A DNA stretch of 64,000 nt from positions 49,039 through 113,038 of the IMG/VR virus record IMGVR_UViG_3300015608_002132; one strand, written 5' to 3'. Both the position numbers and the translations under genes were made by a program. The notes under the pieces are model-generated. The model did not search any database. It saw nothing but the letters and a program-made list of their open reading frames with translations, and was not told where the DNA came from. Shown here in pieces: positions 19,224 to 29,234 of the stretch. Source of the stretch: a virus (lineage: Duplodnaviria; Caudoviricetes). How positions within the stretch are numbered: the first letter of the stretch is position 1; each line of letters opens with the position of its first letter.

Positions 19224-21290
19224 ATGTCCACACCCATTTACCAGGAAGCTCTGATTGAGGCCAAGAAGCTGCGTGAAGCAGCAACAGCAGAAGCAAAGAA
19301 CGCTGTCCTTGAGGCTGTGTCTCCAATCATCAAGCAAATGATCGACAGGGAGATTGCTAGCGTTGATGTGATCCTGGAGCAGCAAGAGCCCACAGCTGAT
19401 GGTGTTGATATGTCAGCACCCCCGACAGCGCCAGCGACTCCAAGCCCCGATGCGGGAACTGTTCCTCCGATCCAACCGGCACCAGCACCCGGAGCAGAGG
19501 TTGCGCCATCACAACAACCAGCCGCTCCTGCCGTTGCTGCCGCTTCACCGCCCATTGTTCCTGCCGGTGGCCAAGTGCTCGGGAAGATCGAGACGAGCCC
19601 AACAGGCGAACAGGAGTTGGTGGTCCCGATCGCATCACTGTTTCAGCCAGCATCGCCTGCGGTTGACACGGCGATTGCTGGGGATCCACTCCAGGCCCAG
19701 GGCGAGCCACCCGTTCCACCATCGGACGTTGCACCGCCTTCGGCCGCTCCTGGCACGCCCGACCTCACGCCTCCTCCTCCGGCCGAAGAGGAGCCAGCGC
19801 CTGCGCAACCGGCAGGTCTTGCTGAGGTTTACAGGCTTGTGAGCAAGTTGCTAGCCGAGCAGACTATTGTGCCCGGTTCAACGGACAGTGCAAACGTACC
19901 CGGTCCTGGTGAAGTGACCAAGTCCGTAGCGTCAATGGTGTCACCAGCCACCGTGGCCGAGTCTTACGGTGCGTTCAAGGCAGAGCTTGAACTGTGTGAG
20001 AACGCCGTCAGGTCGGCACGTGACAACCGGAAAGTCGATGCGCTACCAGCAAAAGACAAGGTGGTCGCGCTGTATGAAAACCTGCTCGATCTCAAGGCGA
20101 ACAAAGGTATCACCGACAGGCTCTTTACGCTCAACGAAAGCCGTTTGGAGCTGTTGCATGAAAATCTGGCCGCAGTGTATAGTTATCTCGGAAATTCAGC
20201 AGAAACAAGGGTTAAGGATATTCAAGTCATGAAGAAGCAGCGCAAGGATTCACTCAAGGAGTTTGCTCTCGCACTTTTCGAGGGTGCAGAGGGTTTCGAG
20301 AAGCAGGTTGGTAAAGTCGAACCTGCCGGTGATTCTAAGGGCATTAAAGATGAGCATGCCAAGAGCACGTCTGGTAATCCGAAGGGCGTAAAGGCAGAAG
20401 CCGAGAAGGCTCCTTTTGCAACCAAGAAGGAAGAGGGCGATCAGGGCAAGGCGCTTCTTGAGCAGCTTGAGGAAGAGATCAACGAGCTCATGTCTCAGGT
20501 GTCGGCTGATGAAGGTGACGACCTTGTGCTCGAACTCAGTGGTTCTGAAGATGAGTCATCTGAGTCGGACGAGAGCGAGGATGTCCTGGTTGATGACACG
20601 GACTCCGAAGACGTTGGTGCTTCCGATGGGGTTGGTGAGATTGATGACAATCTCACGCTCACCATCGATCTTGAGGGCGTGTCCGGTGACAGCGTCGAAA
20701 ATGTCAATGTGTCAATCGATGGCACGGACATGAGCGCTGGCGCGGCACCCGAAGAGGAGATGCCTGTTGATGACATGGTCGGCGCAGGCGGTGGCGAGGA
20801 CGATGCTGATGCGGCTCTCCAAGAGGTACGCAAGCTCGTTCGTGAGCAGCTTGAGCAGCTTGGCTTCAAGCCCAAGGCAGCTGTCGCCAACAAGCCACAA
20901 GCCAAAGCCACTCCAAAGGCACCAGCGCAGACAAAGCCTGCCGTGGTGGCCGAGAGCGTGCTTGTCAAGGAGAACCAGAACCTCGCGAAGCAGCTTGATG
21001 AAACACGGCTGCTCACAGCAAGGTCTCTGTACCTTAACAAGATCTTTGTATCCGAAGCGAAATTGTCAGAGGTCCAAAAGCGGAAAGTCGTTGAGTACCT
21101 GGACACAGCTAAGACTGTTTCTGAAGCCAAGGAGATCTTCAACCGAATCGTGCGTGTTCTGAACAACGCACAAAAGAAGGGTGTTGTCTCCGAATCAGCC
21201 AATCAGCCCGTAGTGATTGCGGAATCGGCTGAGCCGAGTTTTGACACCTCAAGATGGTCGAAGCTCGCTGGTATCAAGAAATCTGGCTGA
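19224..21290 (+). CDS. prohead scaffolding protein (gp22-like position and architecture)
   Basis: Directly upstream of the capsid gene, with acidic and Pro-rich regions, many xxE sites, coiled coil and a C-terminal RWSKLAGI motif. Confidence 0.75.
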   Translation: MSTPIYQEALIEAKKLREAATAEAKNAVLEAVSPIIKQMIDREIASVDVILEQQEPTADGVDMSAPPTAPATPSPDAGTVPPIQPAPAPGAEVAPSQQPAAPAVAAASPPIVPAGGQVLGKIETSPTGEQELVVPIASLFQPASPAVDTAIAGDPLQAQGEPPVPPSDVAPPSAAPGTPDLTPPPPAEEEPAPAQPAGLAEVYRLVSKLLAEQTIVPGSTDSANVPGPGEVTKSVASMVSPATVAESYGAFKAELELCENAVRSARDNRKVDALPAKDKVVALYENLLDLKANKGITDRLFTLNESRLELLHENLAAVYSYLGNSAETRVKDIQVMKKQRKDSLKEFALALFEGAEGFEKQVGKVEPAGDSKGIKDEHAKSTSGNPKGVKAEAEKAPFATKKEEGDQGKALLEQLEEEINELMSQVSADEGDDLVLELSGSEDESSESDESEDVLVDDTDSEDVGASDGVGEIDDNLTLTIDLEGVSGDSVENVNVSIDGTDMSAGAAPEEEMPVDDMVGAGGGEDDADAALQEVRKLVREQLEQLGFKPKAAVANKPQAKATPKAPAQTKPAVVAESVLVKENQNLAKQLDETRLLTARSLYLNKIFVSEAKLSEVQKRKVVEYLDTAKTVSEAKEIFNRIVRVLNNAQKKGVVSESANQPVVIAESAEPSFDTSRWSKLAGIKKSG

Positions 21291-21298
21291 TGCGAGAA

Positions 21299-21304
21299 TA
21301 GTTA
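21299..21304 (+). promoter_or_regulatory. candidate late promoter TA[G/C]TTA (representative copy, before the capsid gene)
   Basis: The same hexamer occurs upstream of about 20 structural or putative late genes. Confidence 0.65.
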
Positions 21305-21362
21305 ACGATCAATCAAGTCTGAAGAAACAACAAACATACAGGAATTCAGGAGACAAACGACA

Positions 21363-23336
21363 ATGTCCAGGACTCTAACACTCTCACAGCTCGCGGAAGG
21401 TATTCAGCGTACAACCGCTACCGCAGGCAACGACCGGCTCGTCAACAAGTGGACGAAGACCCAGCTGCTTGATGGGCTCTCTCCCCTTGGGAAAGAGAAG
21501 ATGGCTCGCCTTCTCGAAAACCAGGCCGTGGAAGTTCTCCGCGGTGGTACTTCGATGCTTAACGAGTCTCTCTCACTGTCGACAGGCGGTGCAGGGCTTG
21601 CATCTTCGGGTCAGGTTGCCGGGTTTACGAACGTCGCGTTTCCAATCGTGCGTCGGGTCTTTGCGGGCCTGATCGCGAACGAGATCGTCAGCGTTCAACC
21701 AATGAGCCTCCCATCGGGACTCTTGTTCTATCTCGATTACACGTACGGCTCGTACGTGGGTGGTGATGCGGGCACCGCTGCGAACAAGTTCGCGACCGGC
21801 ACAGACCCCGGCGCAGCGACCTACGGCCGTTCACAGTCTGTGTACACGAACCCACCAGGTTCGGCAATCCGTACATCGGGTTCTCTGATGGCCGGTGGTC
21901 AGTACAACCTGATCGGGTCTGGTTACTCGAAGGTGCACGTGCAGGGCCAGCTCGCTGCTGAGGCAGTGGTTGTTGGTGCTTGGACCGACGGTACAACTTG
22001 GCTTACTGGTTCTAGCGTCTCTGCCTCGGCAGGGTTCTCTGGCTATAACGCACGGTTCGTCGATTACAACCCAACACTCTCGACTGACGTTGAGACTGGC
22101 GTGATTGACTACTGCTTCCTCGTTGTGTCCGCTTCGGCACTGTCGACAGCGATCAACGGCGCAGACCTCAACTCACTTGACCAGATCGCGGTGACCGGCC
22201 TCGGCGTGTCCGGGTCGATCTTCACGTCGGTTCCTGCGACCTACCAGCAGGGCGAGGCAGTGCTGAACTTCCGTCAGTTCACCAAGCGTGGCAACTGGCT
22301 GGACTCCGGCACAAGCTCGACCTTCACGGTCAAGCCCTTTGACGGCACTCACCTGATGTTTGCGATGGCGCTCCCGAACGGCTCGTCCGGTCCAAGCACC
22401 GCGCAGCTTCCAGGCACCGGTATCGGCGCCGCTGTGTCAAGAGTGACCGCGTCTACCGTGATCGCAGACCAGCTCTCCGTGAACGCTGATGGTAGCGTTC
22501 TTACGATTCCATCGTTCGAGTCGAACTCCGACGTTGATTCGTCTCCGCGGATCCCAGACGTTGACATCAAGATCGACAGCGTTGCCGTGACAGCAACAAC
22601 CCGCAAGCTGCGCGCCCGGTGGTCACCTGAGATGGCTCAGGACCTTACGGCGTACTACTCGATGGACGTTGAGGCTGAGCTCACAAACATCCTGTCTGAG
22701 ATGATCACGCTCGATATCGACCGTGAGATCCTCAACGACCTGCTTACCCAGGCAGGCGCTGCGAACTACTTCTGGAGCCGTGCTCCAGGTAGGTTCGTGA
22801 ACAAGCTCACCGGTACCGAAGTGGCACGGACAAGCACCGCTTATCCTGGCCCCAACTTCACCGGGACTGTTCGGGAGTGGTACGAGACGCTCATTGAGAC
22901 GATCACTGATGCGGCAAACATCATCCACAAGAAGACCCTTCGTGGGTCCGGTAACTTCATCGTCTGCTCGCCAGAGGTGGGGACCATCCTTGAGGCCACT
23001 GTTGCGTACCGCGCAAATTACAAGGTTGACTCGGATGGTCAAGTCCGGGATAACATGAGCATCGGCGCTGAGGCTGTTGGCACTGTCAACGGTCGCTACT
23101 CGGTGTTCGTCGATCCCTACTTCCCTGGGAACAAGATCCTGATCGGGCTCAAGGGCTCGACCTTCCTTGAGAGCGGGTACATCTACGCGCCATACGTGCC
23201 GCTGATCCTCACTCCCGTCATCTACGGCCAGGAGGATTTCACTCCACGCAAGGGTATCATGACCCGGTACGGCAAGAAGCTCGTGAGAGCTGACTTCTAT
23301 GCCACGATCACAGTGCTCGACATGTCAATTATATAA
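21363..23336 (+). CDS. major capsid protein (T4 gp23-like)
   Basis: LLENQ, FPIVRRV, VSVQPMSLPSGLLF, TRKLRARWSPEMAQDL, GYIYAPYVPL and FTPRKGIMTRYG. Confidence 0.96.
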   Translation: MSRTLTLSQLAEGIQRTTATAGNDRLVNKWTKTQLLDGLSPLGKEKMARLLENQAVEVLRGGTSMLNESLSLSTGGAGLASSGQVAGFTNVAFPIVRRVFAGLIANEIVSVQPMSLPSGLLFYLDYTYGSYVGGDAGTAANKFATGTDPGAATYGRSQSVYTNPPGSAIRTSGSLMAGGQYNLIGSGYSKVHVQGQLAAEAVVVGAWTDGTTWLTGSSVSASAGFSGYNARFVDYNPTLSTDVETGVIDYCFLVVSASALSTAINGADLNSLDQIAVTGLGVSGSIFTSVPATYQQGEAVLNFRQFTKRGNWLDSGTSSTFTVKPFDGTHLMFAMALPNGSSGPSTAQLPGTGIGAAVSRVTASTVIADQLSVNADGSVLTIPSFESNSDVDSSPRIPDVDIKIDSVAVTATTRKLRARWSPEMAQDLTAYYSMDVEAELTNILSEMITLDIDREILNDLLTQAGAANYFWSRAPGRFVNKLTGTEVARTSTAYPGPNFTGTVREWYETLIETITDAANIIHKKTLRGSGNFIVCSPEVGTILEATVAYRANYKVDSDGQVRDNMSIGAEAVGTVNGRYSVFVDPYFPGNKILIGLKGSTFLESGYIYAPYVPLILTPVIYGQEDFTPRKGIMTRYGKKLVRADFYATITVLDMSII

Positions 23337-23413
23337 ATGACTAACTTCCACTAAAAAGGAAGTAATCATTTAACCAACAACAAAAGGAGGAACAGTGACT
23401 GTTCCTCCTTTTG
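23334..23413 (+). terminator. intrinsic terminator after the capsid gene (two hairpins)
   Basis: Perfect 15-bp inverted repeat CAAAAGGAGGAACAG-TGA-CTGTTCCTCCTTTTG (23381-23413), preceded by a TAAATGA..ACTTCC/GGAAGT..TCATTTA hairpin. Confidence 0.85.
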
Positions 23414-23513
23414 CTTTTGATGTGAAGCGCACCAAATAACCCGATCGGAACATTGGACAAATTTGTCTGTTGCATGAGATACTTTATGGTGGCCATCGTG
23501 ACGCCGCTTAAAA

Positions 23514-24467
23514 ATGAAAGGTATGTCAGCAATGGAAATGAATGTGCCGGGTCCGGGTGTTGGCAATTGCGGCGGTGTTTACCGCATATTGAATAAGCTA
23601 AACGGTCGCATTTACATTGGATCTACCAGCAGGTTCAAGGAGCGCGTAAGGCAACACACAAACGATCTCAAAGCCAACAGACATCAGAATGCGTTTATGC
23701 AGAACGACTTCAACAAGTGTGGCGAAGACTCTTTTGTGTTTGAGGTTGTCGAAGTTGTTGCTAGTGGTATTAAAGAAGATCGTTTGCTCTGCGAACAACA
23801 GTTGATTGATCAGTTCTACGACGGTCAGAAGAACTGCTACAATATCGCTCCCTGCGCCAACGACACTAGAGGCCCACGCAACCACAAGCTCATCAACCCT
23901 GAAACAGATCGCCGTTGCAGACCAAAATCAGAAGCACACAAACAAGCTATTGGCGAAGGTAGCAAAGCGGCCTGGGAAGACCCGACGTATCGTGCAACCG
24001 TTGTTGAAAAGATCAAGAGGTCATGGTCAGAGCGGTTGGAAGTTGTCGAGCGAGGCCCAGTCACTGTGACCAACATAAAGACCGGCGAGAGCGTAACCAT
24101 CGAAGGCAGTTTTAGGGGCTTCTGCACCGAGAGAAACTTGTCATATAAGGCGTTTCATCAGATGATCGGTGGAAAGATCAAAACGTCCGGTGGTTGGTAT
24201 GTCGGTACTGCCGACAACAGGCCGGAGTACGTCAGCCAAGTGGGCCAGAAGCGCAAGCCGTTGTCTGCTGAGCATCGAAACAAGATAGCCGGTGGCAAGT
24301 TTCGTGGTGTTGAGCTGCTGCACGAGCCAACGGGTGAAGTTTGCAAGCTCGGGGACAACGTAAAGGCGCGGGCGTTGTCAAAGGGGCTGCACTATACCAC
24401 AGTGATCAAGGTTCTTGGTGGCAAGTGTAAGTCATGTGGTGGATGGGTCAGACGAGCCGTTGGTTGA
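23514..24467 (+). CDS. free-standing GIY-YIG homing endonuclease
   Basis: GGVYRILNKLNGRIYIGST, HQNAFMQNDFNK, CYNI and NUMOD3-like SEAHKQAIG / SAEHRNKIA. Confidence 0.88.
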   Translation: MKGMSAMEMNVPGPGVGNCGGVYRILNKLNGRIYIGSTSRFKERVRQHTNDLKANRHQNAFMQNDFNKCGEDSFVFEVVEVVASGIKEDRLLCEQQLIDQFYDGQKNCYNIAPCANDTRGPRNHKLINPETDRRCRPKSEAHKQAIGEGSKAAWEDPTYRATVVEKIKRSWSERLEVVERGPVTVTNIKTGESVTIEGSFRGFCTERNLSYKAFHQMIGGKIKTSGGWYVGTADNRPEYVSQVGQKRKPLSAEHRNKIAGGKFRGVELLHEPTGEVCKLGDNVKARALSKGLHYTTVIKVLGGKCKSCGGWVRRAVG

Positions 24468-24493
24468 CAATAAAAGCAGTGGCCATGTAAGCT
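24464..24493 (+). promoter_or_regulatory. sigma70-like promoter
   Basis: TTGACA-N18-TAAGCT upstream of ATG 24508. Confidence 0.4.
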
Positions 24494-24507
24494 GTTCACA
24501 ACCAGTC

Positions 24508-26214
24508 ATGGTATCACCTACCAACCACAACATAAAAAAGTCAATCGTGTCAATCGACCCAAAAGTCACCGACAAAGCAGCGGTTGTCGTGACAGGAACG
24601 TGGCCGTCAAAGCAGACGGCAATCGAGGCAGGATATGTCGGTGTCAAGAGGTCGATCACAGACCTTCAAGAACGGTCCAGATTGACTTATACGGGCGGCA
24701 AACTGTTTGTTGAGACAGAGTGGCTTGCGAACAATTCGGATCGACTGCTCGGCATTCTGGGAGCTTCTGTGCCGTGTCTTGTGTGTGGTTTGAGGTTCGA
24801 CAACGACAAGCGCAAGCTCGCAGCACATATCCAGGTAAGTCATGCGATGACAAGCCAGGACTACACGGTCAGGTATGTACTTGGCGGCGTAAAGCCAGTG
24901 TGTGCGTTCGATGGATGTGACAATACTCCCAGGTACGCATCATTTGAGTTCAATCAGTATTGCAAAGAGCATGCAACCGTTGCAATGGCGAATGGCGGTT
25001 CTGTTGGAGGAAAAGCCGCCTCGTGGAACAAGGGCAAGACCAAAGCCACCGACGACAGGATTATGCGGCATGCCATGTCGGTGACGGGCATAGGTAACCC
25101 ATTCTATGGAAAGAAACACACGCCAAAGGTCGTAGAACAGCTCTCAGCCAAGAGAAGGCTAACCGAACAAGAGGTTAGATTTAGGTTGTCTGCTCGCGGT
25201 AATGACTTTACCTACCCAGGCTTTTCATATGAGGAGTACGCGTCTAGACAGTTCGACAAGGTCCTTGTTGAATGCGTTGTGTGTCATAACCAAGAGTTTA
25301 AGACTCTACAAGTGATCGAGAGAGGGTCGCTGTGTAAGGTATGTCATCCGTTCTTTGTATCACAAGATGAGATAAAGATTGGTGACTACATTCAGAACGA
25401 GCTAATGCTAACAGTGGTAAGGAATGACAGGTCTGTCATCTCTCCACTGGAACTAGACGTATATGTTCCAGACAAGGCGTTTGCTGTTGAGTTTAACGGC
25501 TTATACTGGCATTCACAAACCCAAACTGACAAGAACACACACAAGACCAAGACTGACAGGTGCAAGGCCAAAGGCATATCGCTGTTTCATGTGTTCTCTG
25601 ACGAGTGGGACAAGAACCAGTCGTTGATTAAATCGATGATTGCCGCCAAACTCGGCTTGACACCAAACCGGATTGGCGCCAGAGAGCTTGATGTTTCTGA
25701 TGTTGCTTTTCCTGTCAAGCTGCGAGAGTTTTTTGATGCGTCTCACATATCCGGCTATGTCAAGTCGACTCATGGGTTCGCTTTGACAGACCCAAACAAC
25801 AACAATGATGTGGTGTGCGCCTTGATGTTGCGCAAGCCCATCATTGGAAAGAAGTACAATGGGCTCGTTGAGATCTCAAGGTTTGCCACCAAGCCTTTCA
25901 CTCACGTATCCGGTGGGTTCGGAAAGCTGCTCAAGGCGGCAGAGCAGTGGTGCAAGCAGCAAGGGTTTGATGGGCTCTTGTCCTACTGCGACCTGAGGTT
26001 CGGTGGCGAAGGTTCCTTGTATGAGAAGACAGGGTTCGACAGGGAACGTGATACTGGCTTGAACTACTGGTACACGGACGGACGTGTCAGGTACGACCGC
26101 TTTAAGTTCCGTGCCAGAGATGGAAAGTCTGAGAACGAAGTTGCCACGGAAGCCGGTGTGCGCCGCGTATACGGGTGCGGCAATGCAGTGTATATCAAGA
26201 GGCTCGCCGTCTAG
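24508..26214 (+). CDS. Hef-like multidomain endonuclease (Zn fingers, NUMOD3, PD-(D/E)xK/Vsr-like nuclease, GNAT/Mom-like C-terminus)
   Basis: CLVC..H...H, NPFYGKKH, ELDVYVPDKAFAVEFNGLYWHS, EISRFA...GGFGKLL and SYCDLRF..G.LYEKTGF. Confidence 0.75.
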   Translation: MVSPTNHNIKKSIVSIDPKVTDKAAVVVTGTWPSKQTAIEAGYVGVKRSITDLQERSRLTYTGGKLFVETEWLANNSDRLLGILGASVPCLVCGLRFDNDKRKLAAHIQVSHAMTSQDYTVRYVLGGVKPVCAFDGCDNTPRYASFEFNQYCKEHATVAMANGGSVGGKAASWNKGKTKATDDRIMRHAMSVTGIGNPFYGKKHTPKVVEQLSAKRRLTEQEVRFRLSARGNDFTYPGFSYEEYASRQFDKVLVECVVCHNQEFKTLQVIERGSLCKVCHPFFVSQDEIKIGDYIQNELMLTVVRNDRSVISPLELDVYVPDKAFAVEFNGLYWHSQTQTDKNTHKTKTDRCKAKGISLFHVFSDEWDKNQSLIKSMIAAKLGLTPNRIGARELDVSDVAFPVKLREFFDASHISGYVKSTHGFALTDPNNNNDVVCALMLRKPIIGKKYNGLVEISRFATKPFTHVSGGFGKLLKAAEQWCKQQGFDGLLSYCDLRFGGEGSLYEKTGFDRERDTGLNYWYTDGRVRYDRFKFRARDGKSENEVATEAGVRRVYGCGNAVYIKRLAV

Positions 26215-26293
26215 CCTAGCAGCCCGTTTTAAGCCCGCAAATAAACCGGACGCACGATCCTACGTCCAAACCATTTACGGGCACAGGACGGCC

Positions 26294-26773
26294 TTATAGG
26301 AGCTCTATGAGCCTGTCCACGAACGCGCCTTGTGACGGGTTCAGCTTTTGCTTGGCAACGTCCGGGCTGCACCAAGCGATCCGATCAATTTCAGGGTATT
26401 GACGCACGATCCCTGAATTCGGCGGGTACTCAAGCTCGAACATGTTGCTTCTGAACACGTCCGTATCGATGTCACCCTCAGCAGCCCAGGCATGAATGGT
26501 CTTGCCAGACTTCAACACTACGGTCCCAAGCGGCAGCATGACGGAACAGTCGCCGGTATATCCGGTCTCTTCCCTAAGCTCCCTCACCGCAGCGTCAGCA
26601 GGCGCTTCGCCGTCGTTCAGTCCACCCTTCGGAATGGACCAGTGCCCGTTATCCTTGTTCGGCCCGTAGAATGGGCCTCCTGGATGAGCGACCAGGACTT
26701 CCACCTCACCATTGCACGTGCGACGGTACAGGAGAACCCCAGCAGACGTCTTGCCTTTGTTTCTGGATCCCAT
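26294..26773 (-). CDS. NUDIX hydrolase
   Basis: Nudix box GGLNDGEAPADAAVRELREETG. Confidence 0.93.
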   Translation of the reverse strand: MGSRNKGKTSAGVLLYRRTCNGEVEVLVAHPGGPFYGPNKDNGHWSIPKGGLNDGEAPADAAVRELREETGYTGDCSVMLPLGTVVLKSGKTIHAWAAEGDIDTDVFRSNMFELEYPPNSGIVRQYPEIDRIAWCSPDVAKQKLNPSQGAFVDRLIELL

Positions 26774-26795
26774 AAAACCCTAGTTACCACGTAAC

Positions 26796-29159
26796 ATGCG
26801 GATAGTCAAGGAACTAGCTCACCGGCCGTTCAACCATCGGCAACAAAGGGCACTGCTGACGGTTTTGCTGGAGGGTGGTCTGGCTGGTCACCTCCAGCAC
26901 CTGTACGAGAACACGTCCCTTACCTTTGGCGAGCTCAAGGCCGTCTTGTCCGACGCCGCGGCTGGGCGTTTGGAGCACGTGTCTGAGAAGCTCGACGGCC
27001 AGAACATCTTCTTTGGGTTTGACCCGACTGCAAAGGTCACCAAGTTCGCCAGAAACAAGGGAGATATCAAGCGTGGTGGAATGGCAAGGGATGAAGTGTC
27101 AAGAAAGTGGCTTGACAAACCGGCCGTTCAGAACGCGTTTCTTGGTGCTTATGACGTTATCCATCACGCAATCTCTTCACTGACCAATGAGCAACAGTCC
27201 GTTGTCTTTGGAGAGCAAGGAGATGTTTGGTATTCTGCCGAGATCATATCAACCGACAATCCGAACGTCATCAACTACGACCAGAACGTCATCAGCCCTC
27301 ACGCGTTTGGAGCTCATCGGTTTGATGCGGTGACTGGTAGCTCAGACGAGTCTTTTGACAGTGAGGCCGCGCTAGACAAACTAAAGCAAGTCGTCAACCA
27401 ACTACAAACCAAGGCGTCGGAGAAGGGCTGGAAGTTTATCGCACCACAGATCTATCCGCTGGTTCGCATGAACAAGCAGCTTCCGCTAAAGACTGCGCTT
27501 GGATCTATCGATGCCATCCTGGCGGAGTCCGGCTTAACTGATAGCAGCACCATCGGAGATTTCATCAAGGTCAAGCTCACGTCGTTCATGGACCGCTATG
27601 GCATTCCAAGCGGCGTAGCGGACTTGCTTGGTAAACGAATGCTGGATGCACCGGACAAGCCAGCACGGATCAGCTCTCTTCGTGCCTTGCTGCCAACAGA
27701 AGCTGACTATGTGAAGGTGGTGGCCCTTGATCGCAACAAGGCAAAGATCTTCAAATCGATTGTCAAGCCGATTGAGCTCCTTATCTCCGAGTTTGCCACC
27801 GAGCTCTTGGCCGAAGCACAGAGTCTTATTGCTGTTAACCCCGGCAAAGCAATCCAGTCCATGCGACGTGAGGTTCAAGCGGCGATCGACAAGATCAAGA
27901 CGAACCCAAGCAGCTTGGAGTTTTTGGAGTCTCAGCTGGAAAAGCTCAGAGGCGTTGACAAGATCACTTCCTCAATGGAAGGCATTGTGTTTCGGTTCAA
28001 GGGCCAAAGCTACAAGTTCACTGGCCAGTTTGCTCCGGTTAACCAGCTCATTGGGGCTTTGAGGTACGGTGGACGTGGGTTTGATGACGAGGAAGGATTT
28101 GTTCTAGGGGGCGGCAATGTACCGGAAGGCGATAGCAAGGTTGCTATCTTCCCTGGTGCATTTAAGCCGTACCACCGCGGACATGACCGGGTCATACGCT
28201 TAGCCGCCGCACAAGTTGAGAAGCTATACCTGTTGATCTCCACCGGTGACCGTATAAAGCCTGGGGAGGTGCCGCTGCTTGGTTCAACCATGCAAGAGGT
28301 CTGGCAGAGGTATATCCTCCAGACGCTGCCGAGCAACGTTGAGGCTTCGTTCGTAGAGAACCCGGTCACTGCTGCGTTTGTGAGGCTGCACGAGATCGAT
28401 GCGTCTGGTCAGAACGTCAACGTGTACATGATTGCCGGTGAAGAAGACGTTGGCAGGTTCAGCCAAGCTGGGCTGTCACAAGAAGCCCCGAGACTAACGG
28501 CGCAAGGAATGGTTACGGTTGCAACCGTGCCGCGGTTTGGAAACGTTTCTGGCACTGACATGAGATCGTTTATTGCAATAAACGACAAGGAACAGTTTCG
28601 AGGCGGCTTACCAAAAGAGCTTAACGCCGTGTCAGACCAAATCTTTGATATAATTTACAACAGCGGCATGAATGCAATTGCGTCTTCCACGCCTCAAAAG
28701 CCAAAGAAGATTAACAAGAAGCAAGAACAACTAAGTGAGACGGCGATGAAAACGAAAGAAACAACAGACAAATTCGCTATGTCGACCACCGGTCGCGACC
28801 TTTTGAGACAACTCATCAAAGAGGCCGTGGTTGATGCAATGATGGAGATGTTAAGCCCGGAGGAGGTGGAATGGCACCAGTCGATGAATGGGGATGCTGA
28901 CAAGCCTAAGGCTGCTAGAAGTGGATCCGCTGGTGTTGGCGCCAAACCACAGCAACCTCCAATGGGCTTGCCACTGGCAAAACAACTGGTTCAGCTAGCC
29001 GTTCAACGCCTCAGTAGACACCCTGCGCTTGGCAGACATGTCGGCATCCTGGCCAACCAGTTTAACGATGCCATCAAGTTGCCGCAGACCGAAGAGAACA
29101 CAAAGAGAGCGCTGGCACTGGCTTCGCAAATAATATCACTCTCAAGATCTGTCTGCTGA
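26796..29159 (+). CDS. ligase-like (KxDG) domain fused to an HxGH nucleotidyltransferase
   Basis: SEKLDGQN, EGIVF and YKFTG in the N-terminal part; FPGAFKPYHRGH and SGTDMR in the C-terminal part. Confidence 0.75.
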   Translation: MRIVKELAHRPFNHRQQRALLTVLLEGGLAGHLQHLYENTSLTFGELKAVLSDAAAGRLEHVSEKLDGQNIFFGFDPTAKVTKFARNKGDIKRGGMARDEVSRKWLDKPAVQNAFLGAYDVIHHAISSLTNEQQSVVFGEQGDVWYSAEIISTDNPNVINYDQNVISPHAFGAHRFDAVTGSSDESFDSEAALDKLKQVVNQLQTKASEKGWKFIAPQIYPLVRMNKQLPLKTALGSIDAILAESGLTDSSTIGDFIKVKLTSFMDRYGIPSGVADLLGKRMLDAPDKPARISSLRALLPTEADYVKVVALDRNKAKIFKSIVKPIELLISEFATELLAEAQSLIAVNPGKAIQSMRREVQAAIDKIKTNPSSLEFLESQLEKLRGVDKITSSMEGIVFRFKGQSYKFTGQFAPVNQLIGALRYGGRGFDDEEGFVLGGGNVPEGDSKVAIFPGAFKPYHRGHDRVIRLAAAQVEKLYLLISTGDRIKPGEVPLLGSTMQEVWQRYILQTLPSNVEASFVENPVTAAFVRLHEIDASGQNVNVYMIAGEEDVGRFSQAGLSQEAPRLTAQGMVTVATVPRFGNVSGTDMRSFIAINDKEQFRGGLPKELNAVSDQIFDIIYNSGMNAIASSTPQKPKKINKKQEQLSETAMKTKETTDKFAMSTTGRDLLRQLIKEAVVDAMMEMLSPEEVEWHQSMNGDADKPKAARSGSAGVGAKPQQPPMGLPLAKQLVQLAVQRLSRHPALGRHVGILANQFNDAIKLPQTEENTKRALALASQIISLSRSVC

Positions 29160-29234
29160 AGCAGTAGTTAATGTGACTGGCGCCATGACTGTTGGCACAA
29201 AACGCAACAAACAGAGAGAGAAGAAGCCCGACAA

